DNA of 64,000 nt from Eubacteriales bacterium (GTDB lineage: Bacteria > Bacillota > Clostridia > Oscillospirales > CAG-382), in NCBI GenBank assembly GCA_045636285.1, contig JAZTXJ010000007.1, forward strand, positions 35,032 through 99,031. The letters are read 5' to 3'. A model generated the notes under the pieces. It saw nothing but the letters and a program-made list of their open reading frames with translations. It searched no databases and was not told the origin of the DNA. Made by a program: the position numbers and the translations under genes. Each line of letters opens with the position of its first letter. Position 1 is the stretch's first letter. Below, piece by piece: positions 17,305-24,635 of this stretch.

Positions 17305-18051
17305 GTGAAAAATATTAAAAAAGGTATTAAAAACGACTTCGACAGTATCGAACACAGGTCAAAAGAAGAAATGCTCGGATTTGCGGGAATAAGACCGTCC
17401 GCACCGCGAAAAAGGCGCAGACTGTGCGCCGACAGGCTGATAAGCGTCGCGCTTGCGGCGGCAATGCTGCTTTCGTTCGGGGCAATCCTCACGCTTGCCG
17501 AAAACAACAATGCGCTTATTGACGAAATATTTGTCAAAATAGAAAATATGTTTCCCGATAAAGATGCCGAAAAATCACCCGCGCCTATCGACCGCAGAAT
17601 GAAACCGAGTAACGAATTCAACGTTCTTCTGCTCGACTACGCAAACGACTCGAAATATTACTACCGTTCGGTAAAGGACGCCGTTGCCGACTACGGCGAA
17701 AACCTTTACTACCCCGCTTACGAGGGCTATGAAAACGCATTCCAAGCGCACATAATCTACTCGATGAGAGGCGATAATCCCTCTTTCCAGATCGAATATG
17801 CACGCGAAACTCTCGAAATCTGCTGGATCAAGATCGGCGTAACGGTTGCAAACGGAGGCATGAATCCCTTTGTGGAAAAATACGAAAGCCACGGAGCAGA
17901 ATTTTATATCAGCGAATACATCAAGGAAGGTCCCAACAATTACAGCGGTCATCTCGTCGAAGGTGTTCTTGAAGGAAACAGCTATCAATTCTTCGTTAAA
18001 ACCGTTGAAGAAGGCAAGCTTATCGTCGACAGCCTTGCAAAAGCGGAATAA
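17305..18051 (+). CDS. Putative single-pass anti-sigma factor with extracytoplasmic sensor domain (GTG start)
   Basis: Starts 4 nt after the sigma gene with an AGGAGGG RBS; short cytoplasmic N-terminus, TM helix LISVALAAAMLLSFGAILTLA, 150-aa outer domain; role assigned by position only. Confidence 0.5.
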   Translation: MKNIKKGIKNDFDSIEHRSKEEMLGFAGIRPSAPRKRRRLCADRLISVALAAAMLLSFGAILTLAENNNALIDEIFVKIENMFPDKDAEKSPAPIDRRMKPSNEFNVLLLDYANDSKYYYRSVKDAVADYGENLYYPAYEGYENAFQAHIIYSMRGDNPSFQIEYARETLEICWIKIGVTVANGGMNPFVEKYESHGAEFYISEYIKEGPNNYSGHLVEGVLEGNSYQFFVKTVEEGKLIVDSLAKAE

Positions 18052-18062
18052 GGGCAAAAATT

Positions 18063-18092
18063 CTCTCCGAATAAAAATCGGAGAGTTTTTTT
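18063..18092 (+). terminator. Terminator after the anti-sigma gene
   Basis: CTCTCCGA ataaaaa TCGGAGAG TTTTTTT. Confidence 0.8.
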
Positions 18093-18100
18093 CGTTCTTC

Positions 18101-18121
18101 TAACAAATTCATCACAAATAT
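18101..18121 (+). promoter_or_regulatory. Two ACAAAT boxes 11 bp apart upstream of the two-component operon
   Basis: taACAAATtca tcACAAATatg (boxes at 18103-08 and 18114-19), then weak -35 TTTATA (18124-29) -17- TATAAT (18147-52). Confidence 0.5.
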
Positions 18122-18186
18122 GATTTATAATTGCAAAAAAGTATGTTATAATAAGTGCAGTTACTGCAAAGGCGGTGAAAATTTTT

Positions 18187-18834
18187 ATGGCGAGAATTCT
18201 TATCGTAGAAGACGAACGGCCGATTCGCAACCTTATTCAGCGCAATTTAGAGCTTGTCGGTCACACCTGCGTAGGCTTGAGCGACGGAAACGAAGCACTT
18301 GAAATTATGGAGAGCGACAGATTCGACCTTATGATATTCGACATTATGCTCCCGCACGCATCGGGTTACGAGCTTATAACCCACGCAAGCGGAACACCCG
18401 TTATTTTCGTAACGGCAAAAGAGGGCATAAACGATCGATTAAAGGGGCTTTCCTTGGGCGCGGACGATTATATTGTAAAGCCGTTCGAAATTCAGGAGCT
18501 TCTTTTGCGCGTGCGTGCCGTTTTGCGACGCACCAAAAAAGAAGACGAAATGCTTAATTTCGACGACGTAACTATCGATTTTTCGGCGAAGAAGGTTTTC
18601 CGTTCGGGAATCGAGGTAGTCCTTACCCCAAAGGAATATTCCCTGCTCGAAACGCTTATTCTTAACCGAAACATCGCCCTCTCGCGCGAGAAGCTTATTG
18701 CGCTCGTTTGGGGATATGATTACGAGGGCGACACCCGCACGGTCGACGTGCATATACGCCAGCTTCGCGCAAAGCTCGGTCTTTCGGAACGCTTAAAAAC
18801 ACTCTACAAAACAGGATACAGGTTCGAGCTATGA
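18187..18834 (+). CDS. OmpR/PhoB-family response regulator
   Basis: Receiver (ILIVEDE..DLMIFDIMLP) plus winged-helix output (LTPKEYSLLETL..VDVHIRQLR..YKTGYRFE); ATG 18187 preferred over GTG 18175. Confidence 0.9.
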   Translation: MARILIVEDERPIRNLIQRNLELVGHTCVGLSDGNEALEIMESDRFDLMIFDIMLPHASGYELITHASGTPVIFVTAKEGINDRLKGLSLGADDYIVKPFEIQELLLRVRAVLRRTKKEDEMLNFDDVTIDFSAKKVFRSGIEVVLTPKEYSLLETLILNRNIALSREKLIALVWGYDYEGDTRTVDVHIRQLRAKLGLSERLKTLYKTGYRFEL

Positions 18835-20198
18835 GATTCAAGGACAAAACCTATCTTATCACGCTCGTGCTCTTTTTGCTGTTTCTGAACACGGGAATCT
18901 TTTCGCTCGCCTATTACACACAGCAGAAAAACATCGATGCCGCCGAAGCGCTTGCAAAATCCGAGCAAAGCGTTATTGCGAAATCCTTCGAGGACGATAT
19001 TACCTATCTCGGCAATATCGGCAGAGCACAGGTTATGAACTCCTATGGCAGCTACTACGTCGAAAAGGATATAGGGCTCTGCTTTTATTCGTTTATCGAC
19101 AGCGAAACGAAATACACCAATCTCCCCAAGGGCTCTGTCATTCCGCCGAGCGGAAGCTGTTCGACACAGCGCATAAACGGAAAACGTATATTTTTTATAA
19201 GCGAAACGATTGCAAACGGACAGTATCGGATTACCTATGCAAAGGATATAACCTATCTCGACGAGGATTTTAAAAACCTTTCGATAGTTTATATCTTCAC
19301 CTCGCTGGGTGCTTCGGCACTGCTTGCATTTATACTTTTCTTCGTGCTTCACAAGCTTTCGAGCCCGCTTGAGCGCTTGAGCAAGGCAACGCAGGAATTT
19401 GCAAACGGCAACTATGCAATACGCGCCGACGAATCGGGCAAGGACGAATTTTCGCTTCTTGCCGCCGACTTCAACCGTATGGCAGAGCATATCGGCGCAC
19501 AAATGAACGAGCTCGAGGAAAACGCCGAAATAAAACAGCGTATGCTCGATAATCTCGCCCACGAAATGCGTACACCGCTTACCTCTATCCGCGGCTATGC
19601 CGAATATCTGCTGAACGCAAATATAGGCGAGGACGAAAAAATCGAAGCTACCGAATTTATAATAAGTGAAGCGGAGCGCTTGAAGCTGATAAGCGAGCGC
19701 CTGCTCGACGATGCGTTTATAAGAGCAAACGGCATTCAGCCCGAAAACACGAATTTGGGCGAAATCACCGCAAACGCCGTTAAGAAGCTTTCGTTCACCG
19801 CGGCTTCGAGCGGGGTCGAGCTTCGCGTTTCGGCAAAGAGCGTTCACTGCGTATGCGATTCGGTTCTTGTCGGAATGGCTGTTACAAACCTTATCGGCAA
19901 CGCAATAAAAGCCTGCAAGGGCGGCGGCAGGGTCGAAGCAAGCTGTTACTGCGAAAACGGTCACGCCGTTATTTCGGTGTGCGACAGCGGTATCGGTATG
20001 ACCGAAGAACAGCTAAAGCGAATCACGGAGCCCTTTTACCGCACCGATAAATCGCGCAACCGCGCAGACGGCGGCACGGGCTTGGGACTTGCGCTGTGCG
20101 ACCGTATCGCAAAGGCGCACGGAGCGGTTTTGCGGTTCGAATCCCGCGTGGGCGAAGGCACGAAAGCCTTTTTGATGTTCCCGATAGCGCAAGAATAA
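18831..20198 (+). CDS. Sensor histidine kinase (2 TM, HAMP, HisKA, HATPase_c)
   Basis: H-box LAHEMRTPLTSIRGYAEYL; N, G1 and G2 boxes (NLIGNAIKA, DSGIGM, GTGLGLAL); ATGA overlap with the response-regulator stop. Confidence 0.9.
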   Translation: MRFKDKTYLITLVLFLLFLNTGIFSLAYYTQQKNIDAAEALAKSEQSVIAKSFEDDITYLGNIGRAQVMNSYGSYYVEKDIGLCFYSFIDSETKYTNLPKGSVIPPSGSCSTQRINGKRIFFISETIANGQYRITYAKDITYLDEDFKNLSIVYIFTSLGASALLAFILFFVLHKLSSPLERLSKATQEFANGNYAIRADESGKDEFSLLAADFNRMAEHIGAQMNELEENAEIKQRMLDNLAHEMRTPLTSIRGYAEYLLNANIGEDEKIEATEFIISEAERLKLISERLLDDAFIRANGIQPENTNLGEITANAVKKLSFTAASSGVELRVSAKSVHCVCDSVLVGMAVTNLIGNAIKACKGGGRVEASCYCENGHAVISVCDSGIGMTEEQLKRITEPFYRTDKSRNRADGGTGLGLALCDRIAKAHGAVLRFESRVGEGTKAFLMFPIAQE

Positions 20199-20201
20199 CT
20201 T

Positions 20202-20254
20202 TTACAAATCTCTAATATTTTCCGAACAAATTCAGAATATCGCGCAGTTATGCT
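20202..20254 (+). promoter_or_regulatory. ACAAAT boxes 22 bp apart plus putative -10 upstream of paralog 1
   Basis: ttACAAATctc (20204-09) .. gaACAAATtca (20226-31) -17- TATGCT (20249-54). Confidence 0.5.
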
Positions 20255-20279
20255 GTTTTCACAGAAAGGAGGAGTGTTT

Positions 20280-21146
20280 ATGAAAAATAAGACACTCGCA
20301 TTAATAACTGCGGCACTTATCACCGCCGCGGCGCTTATTCTCACCGCAGGTCTTTCTCTGCTCGATACCTCGGCTATCGATGATTCTGTTGTGGAATCGA
20401 CCGCTGACAGCGGAACTGTCGGCGCAGAGCTTCCCGAAGAAATCGTAACCGAAAACGAAGCGGAAGAAGCACCCGAAGAGGACGCACCCGCAGAAGACGC
20501 GCCCGCAGAATATCCCGACACTACTCTCCCCGCGCTCGATACTCTCGAAGCCGTCACCACAAGCGACGAAACCGGTTACGATAACCCCGGCTTTGAATAC
20601 GTTATCTGGAAGGATATCGTTATCGACGTATTCGAGCACAAAACCGGCAAGCTTGTCGGTCAGGTATGGCTTACCGAAGACGAGCTCTATAACGAATTCT
20701 GCAAAATCTTCGAAGCCGATTTCGACCACACCGCAGGTCTTTTCGACCCCAACAACCCCGAAGACGTTCCCGTTTATATTCCCGAAGCGGAATACCGTGT
20801 TGAATTCTATTGGGTACACCGCCTTACCGAAAGAGCAAGCGGTTGCTGCGGCAGCCTTGCATTTTCCTACGGTGTAGAGAATAACGAAATTTACGAATAC
20901 ACCCAAACAGGCTATTCTCTCGCAAACGGCGAAACGGTTATCGCGTTTATGGAATCGCTCGTAGCGAAAAAGATCGCACAGCTCGAAAACGGCGTTATCG
21001 ACGAGCTCGAAGCAGAGGAATCCTTTGCACACATTATCGGCTTTGACGGCGAAAACAGCTGCTGGAACGGCACCACCCTTTCTACCGGCGAATTTATCCC
21101 CGGTTCTCCCCGCTATGCAGAAAGATTCCCCTATTTAGCAAATTAA
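20280..21146 (+). CDS. Membrane-anchored/secreted protein of unknown function (paralog 1)
   Basis: N-terminus MKNKTLALITAALITAAALILTAGLS, acidic Pro/Ala/Glu linker, C-terminus ..ERFPYLAN; AGGAGG RBS; paralog of 22926..23831. Confidence 0.65.
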   Translation: MKNKTLALITAALITAAALILTAGLSLLDTSAIDDSVVESTADSGTVGAELPEEIVTENEAEEAPEEDAPAEDAPAEYPDTTLPALDTLEAVTTSDETGYDNPGFEYVIWKDIVIDVFEHKTGKLVGQVWLTEDELYNEFCKIFEADFDHTAGLFDPNNPEDVPVYIPEAEYRVEFYWVHRLTERASGCCGSLAFSYGVENNEIYEYTQTGYSLANGETVIAFMESLVAKKIAQLENGVIDELEAEESFAHIIGFDGENSCWNGTTLSTGEFIPGSPRYAERFPYLAN

Positions 21147-21187
21147 TTCCCCTCCTTACTTATTACATCCCTCAATCCCTTACACAA

Positions 21188-21222
21188 AACAGCTCGGTCT
21201 TTCACTGACCGAGCCGTTTTGT
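21188..21222 (+). terminator. Terminator after paralog 1
   Basis: GCTCGGTC tttcact GACCGAGC then cgttttgtt. Confidence 0.65.
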
Positions 21223-21257
21223 TCAGAGCGAGAGAAATGAGGCTATTTTTGAAGTGT

Positions 21258-21288
21258 GGGGTCCCCGAAAACATTTATGTTTTTGGGG
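21258..21288. repeat. Mini-palindrome GGGGTCCCCGAAAA..TTTTTGGGG, copy a
   Basis: ggggtccccgaaaacatttatgtttttgggg; absent from the equivalent position of element copy 2. Confidence 0.75.
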
Positions 21289-21385
21289 TATAAATAACGA
21301 GCGTAGGCTTACAAATGTAAGGTAGTCGAGTTTTTTGTAAAAGCCCTTGAAAATACAATAAAAAATCTATTTCCTTATAAAAAAA

Positions 21386-21424
21386 GAATCAAGCTTCACA
21401 ATTAAAATGAAGCTTGATTTTTCT
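21386..21424. terminator. Core hairpin of element copy 1 (terminator-like)
   Basis: GAATCAAGCTTCA caattaaaa TGAAGCTTGATTT TTT, A-run upstream. Confidence 0.65.
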
Positions 21425-21453
21425 ATTGATTATTTTTTTCAAGGGCGTAAATC

Positions 21454-21484
21454 GGGGTCCCCGAAAATGCTAGCATTTTTGGGG
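21454..21484. repeat. Mini-palindrome GGGGTCCCCGAAAA..TTTTTGGGG, copy b
   Basis: ggggtccccgaaaatgctagcatttttgggg; the stem interior differs from copy a but stays self-complementary. Confidence 0.75.
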
Positions 21485-21517
21485 TGGCTTAGTCCATTTC
21501 TCCGCGCTCTGATATGT

Positions 21518-22672
21518 TTATTGGGGTTTTTTGATGGTATCCTTAATGTTATCGTAAATATACTGTGCAAAGGTTTTGTAGGTTTCGTCCTTCGGGTGCA
21601 AGCCGTCGGTGAAGACCTCTTTGTTTTCCTTCGACCAGGGGAACATATCGACCGTCTGAAGTCCGCGGTCCTTTGCTATCTGCACGAGCAAGGGGTGCGA
21701 ATATTTAACGATATTTGCGGTCCACGCTTCTGCATTCCAGCCGTCTGCGCCGACCTTGAAGAGCGATGCGGGAAGGATCATAATAATCTGAACGTCGGGG
21801 TTTGCGTTCTTATAAGCATCGAGCAGGTCGTTGGTGCTCTTTATAAATACGTTAGTTCTGTCGTACTGCGGATCTTCCCAATTTTTATAGGGCTGATTGG
21901 GAGTGGGGTTTGCATCGTTGGTGCCGAGCGCGAAAAGTACAACGTCGGGGCGAAGCTCGCGCGATTCGGTGAACTGCTTCGATTTGAAATACGCGTAATC
22001 ATCGATATTGCAGATCGAATAGCCGCTGAGTCCCGCATTGAGAACGTAGTAATCGTAGCCGAGCATTTCCTGAATATATACGGGGTAGGTTTTGTTCACG
22101 GGGTCGGTCGAGTTGATACCCTGCGTGATACTGTCGCCGACACAGGCAACCTTTATAATCTTCTTTTCGCCGCTTACTTCCATATCTGTAAACACTCCGT
22201 CGGACGAATTCTTGATTTTTTCAAGAAGCGCTTCGCTTCCCGCATTACAGCCCTGAGGATAAGAGCTTGCGATAAGCACCTTACTGCCCTTGATAACGAG
22301 CTTGTATTCGCCGAATGCGTATTCGGCTTTGTATTCCGCCGAAATATCGCGGTTTGCGGCAAGACCGAAGATTATTTCGTTTTCCGCCGCGGGAATGGTT
22401 TCTTCGCGGCAAGGAAGAGTAATATCGAACGTATCCTTTACGTAATTCGCAAAATTCTTCGCAATAGTCTTGTAATCGACTCCGCTCTTAACGCTTTTGT
22501 AAACAACGGTGAATTCCGAAAGGTCGATACCGTTTATAACCGGCTTTTTCGGCGGTATCGATTCTTCGACAGAAGATTCTGCCACCGATGAATCTTCGCC
22601 GTTTTCCTTGCAAGCCGCAAAGGAAACGAGCATAAGCATACAAAGCAGTATGCACAAAATTTTCTTTTTCAT
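21518..22672 (-). CDS. SGNH/GDSL-family hydrolase lipoprotein
   Basis: Lipobox LVSFAAC; block I VACVGDSITQG; C-terminal DGLHP (block V); start moved to ATG 22672 behind a GGAGG RBS. Confidence 0.75.
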   Translation of the reverse strand: MKKKILCILLCMLMLVSFAACKENGEDSSVAESSVEESIPPKKPVINGIDLSEFTVVYKSVKSGVDYKTIAKNFANYVKDTFDITLPCREETIPAAENEIIFGLAANRDISAEYKAEYAFGEYKLVIKGSKVLIASSYPQGCNAGSEALLEKIKNSSDGVFTDMEVSGEKKIIKVACVGDSITQGINSTDPVNKTYPVYIQEMLGYDYYVLNAGLSGYSICNIDDYAYFKSKQFTESRELRPDVVLFALGTNDANPTPNQPYKNWEDPQYDRTNVFIKSTNDLLDAYKNANPDVQIIMILPASLFKVGADGWNAEAWTANIVKYSHPLLVQIAKDRGLQTVDMFPWSKENKEVFTDGLHPKDETYKTFAQYIYDNIKDTIKKPQ

Positions 22673-22847
22673 AATAGTTCCTCCGAATTTTTTATCGCGC
22701 AATGCAAAACAGCAGCGCTTCCCGCGAAAGCGACTTTAAACGCCTTGGGGGCTTATGCGCCTCTTTTAACTGTAATTTTATACCAAATGAATCCATTTGT
22801 CAATCCTCTGAACGAACAGAACAAATTTATCGGTTTTCGCGTAACTT

Positions 22848-22900
22848 TTACAAATTCATAACAACGCCCGAACAAATCCAGAATATTGACATTTTAAGAT
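22848..22900 (+). promoter_or_regulatory. ACAAAT boxes 22 bp apart plus putative -10 upstream of paralog 2
   Basis: ttACAAATtca (22850-55), taACAACgccc, gaACAAATcca (22872-77) -17- TAAGAT (22895-900). Confidence 0.5.
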
Positions 22901-22925
22901 ATTCACACAGAAAGGAGGAGTGTTT

Positions 22926-23831
22926 ATGAAAAACAAGACACTCGCATTAATCACTGCGGTGCTTATCACCGCATCGGCGCTTATCCTTACTGCGGGACTT
23001 TCGTTCCTGAACACCTCTGCGATCGACGATTCGACCGTTGAATCGACAGCAGACAGCGGAACCTCGGGCGCAGAGCTCGAAAATACCGTGACCGACGAAA
23101 ACTATCCCGTTATCGAGGAAGGCCCTCTCACAGATATTCCCGCGTATGATCCCGAAACCGCAATTCCCGAAGCGGAAAACGCACCTCTCGAAGAGGAAAC
23201 TCCCGTTGTTGACGGTTCTGTTCCCGTTGAAAACGCTCCCGTCGAAAACGCACCCGCTTACGAATACCCCGTTTTCGATTACGTTGAAGGCGACGCAAGA
23301 AACGTTTACGTCTGCGGCGGAGAACACGTCGACAAGGGCGTTGTTATCGACGTTTATTCCCACAAAACAGGCAAGCTCGTAGGTCAGCTCGCGTTCACCT
23401 CGCAGGAGGTCACAAGCTATATCAGCTCGCTTATGCGTGAAGAATTCAAGCCCGAAAACGAGCTTTGGATCGAACAGGATATAAGCTGTGTTGCTCTTCC
23501 CGAGGGTGATTACAGAATCGAAGTCTATGCAGGCACGTGGTTCTCCTACACCTACGGCACAAGCGGCATTTTTGAGCTTACTCAGTGCACCCTTACCTTC
23601 AGCGGCGGCGAAAAGCTCACCGGCTATATCGATTTCCTTATCGCAGACCTTATTGCCGATATCGAAGCAGGTAACGTCGAAGCTCCCGATCCCGAAATGG
23701 CGGTTTCCAAGCTCATTTACGCAGGAATCGAAGGCTATTGGGAAGGATATTACAACGAAGTTTGCGATATGTATATCCCCGGCGCAGGCAGATGGTGCGA
23801 ACGCTTCCCCTACCTTGCAACCGAAGAATAA
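22926..23831 (+). CDS. Membrane-anchored/secreted protein of unknown function (paralog 2)
   Basis: First about 48 residues nearly identical to 20280..21146, C-terminus ..CERFPYLATEE; identical AGGAGGAGTGTTTATG translation-initiation region. Confidence 0.65.
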   Translation: MKNKTLALITAVLITASALILTAGLSFLNTSAIDDSTVESTADSGTSGAELENTVTDENYPVIEEGPLTDIPAYDPETAIPEAENAPLEEETPVVDGSVPVENAPVENAPAYEYPVFDYVEGDARNVYVCGGEHVDKGVVIDVYSHKTGKLVGQLAFTSQEVTSYISSLMREEFKPENELWIEQDISCVALPEGDYRIEVYAGTWFSYTYGTSGIFELTQCTLTFSGGEKLTGYIDFLIADLIADIEAGNVEAPDPEMAVSKLIYAGIEGYWEGYYNEVCDMYIPGAGRWCERFPYLATEE

Positions 23832-23874
23832 TAAATGACTTTCACTCTTTAAACTTTTCCCAAAGTCTAAATAG

Positions 23875-24082
23875 GAGTAAGAGAAATGAGGCTATTTTTT
23901 ACGAAAAAGGAGCGTAGGCGTACGATTGTACGACAGTCGAGTTTTTCGTAAAAGCCCTTGAAAATACAATAAAAAATCAAATTCCTTATTAAAAGAAATC
24001 AAGCTTCACCATAAAAATGAAGCTTGATTTTTTCTTTGCTTTGTTATTTCAAGGGCGTAAAGAGCCCATTTCTCCGCGCTCC
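23875..24082. repeat. Nested-palindrome intergenic element, copy 2 (short form)
   Basis: GAGAAATGAGGCT (23881-93) pairs with AGCCCATTTCTC (24063-74); TTTTACGAAAAA (23897-908) with TTTTTCGTAAAA (23942-53); GCCCTTGAAA (23954-63) with TTTCAAGGGC (24047-56); core hairpin 23996-24030. Confidence 0.8.
23996..24034. terminator. Core hairpin of element copy 2 (terminator-like)
   Basis: AAATCAAGCTTCA ccataaaaa TGAAGCTTGATTT TTTT. Confidence 0.65.
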
Positions 24083-24087
24083 GTATC

Positions 24088-24522
24088 TTATAAATATTGG
24101 CGCATCTGTATAGCAAGATCGTCTTCGAGCTTGATAAGCCTGTTTGCGAAGCCCTTCGAAACGCTGTCCGCCGCCTTGTATTGATTAATATAGCGGTTAA
24201 GCGATTTAACGCCCATATTACAGCCGTCGGTAATAAGGTCGGCTACCGTTTTGTCGGAATCGTCAAGCGCCATTTTCACGTTGGTCTTAATCCAGCTCAT
24301 TCCCTTTGCGGCGGGTGCGGGCTCTTTGCCCTTGTCGCAATTTTCTTCGAGCTTCTGCTTTATTTCGGAAAGCAGGGTTTCGTGCTGGTTGCGGCAATCT
24401 GCAAGACAGTTTCGCATCGGCTCGGACTTAACCGAGGAAATAACCTCGTTTATCGAGGAAACACCCATCTTCACGCCCGCATCGCATTCGCGCAGTAATT
24501 TTAAAGTATCGTTTTCGTACAT
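24088..24522 (-). CDS. Hypothetical helical protein
   Basis: 144-aa ORF with coding-like composition, predicted all-helical; no family confidently recognised. Confidence 0.5.
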   Translation of the reverse strand: MYENDTLKLLRECDAGVKMGVSSINEVISSVKSEPMRNCLADCRNQHETLLSEIKQKLEENCDKGKEPAPAAKGMSWIKTNVKMALDDSDKTVADLITDGCNMGVKSLNRYINQYKAADSVSKGFANRLIKLEDDLAIQMRQYL

Positions 24523-24635
24523 ATCTTCGCTCCTTGTTTTTTCTTATTATGCTCAAATTGACACAACAACATTCGTTTTTGTTGACAAAGATAATTTTTG
24601 TATGTAGAATAAAGAAAATAAAGGAGGGTATATTT

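Larger units (their letters stand above)
21224..21511. repeat. Nested-palindrome intergenic element, copy 1 (long form)
   Basis: Terminal inverted repeats CAGAGCGAGAGAAATGAGG (21224-21242) / CCATTTCTCCGCGCTCTG (21494-21511); inner inverted repeat GCCCTTGAAA/TTTCAAGGGC (21343-52/21437-46) around a terminator hairpin; homologous to 23875-24082. Confidence 0.8.

Noticed and set aside
20134-20144. GGTTCGAATCC, a tRNA T-arm-like sequence with flanking GCGG/CCGC.
   Set aside because: It lies inside the conserved HATPase_c coding region of the histidine kinase (..LRFESRVGEG..). I could not draw an acceptor stem or anticodon arm from the flanking sequence.
22702-22929. 75-aa plus-strand ORF in the intergenic region between the SGNH hydrolase gene and paralog 2.
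   Set aside because: It has no RBS and spans promoter and regulatory DNA (the ACAAAT boxes). It also runs a few nt into the start of the well-supported paralog 2 gene in another frame.
23886-23951. Small ORF starting at the conserved GAGAAATGAGG of the repeat element: MRLFFTKKERRRTIVRQSSFS here and MRLFLKCGVPENIYVFGV at 21237-21293.
   Set aside because: Only the first four codons are conserved between copies, and the lengths and sequences differ thereafter. The same ATG-containing motif occurs inverted at the other end of the element, so it fits a terminal inverted repeat better than a gene.
9349-24082. Interpreting the several local duplications as insertion sequences or other autonomous mobile elements.
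   Set aside because: No transposase, integrase, recombinase or phage gene is present anywhere in the window. The duplicated blocks carry ordinary cellular genes or only short palindromic DNA.
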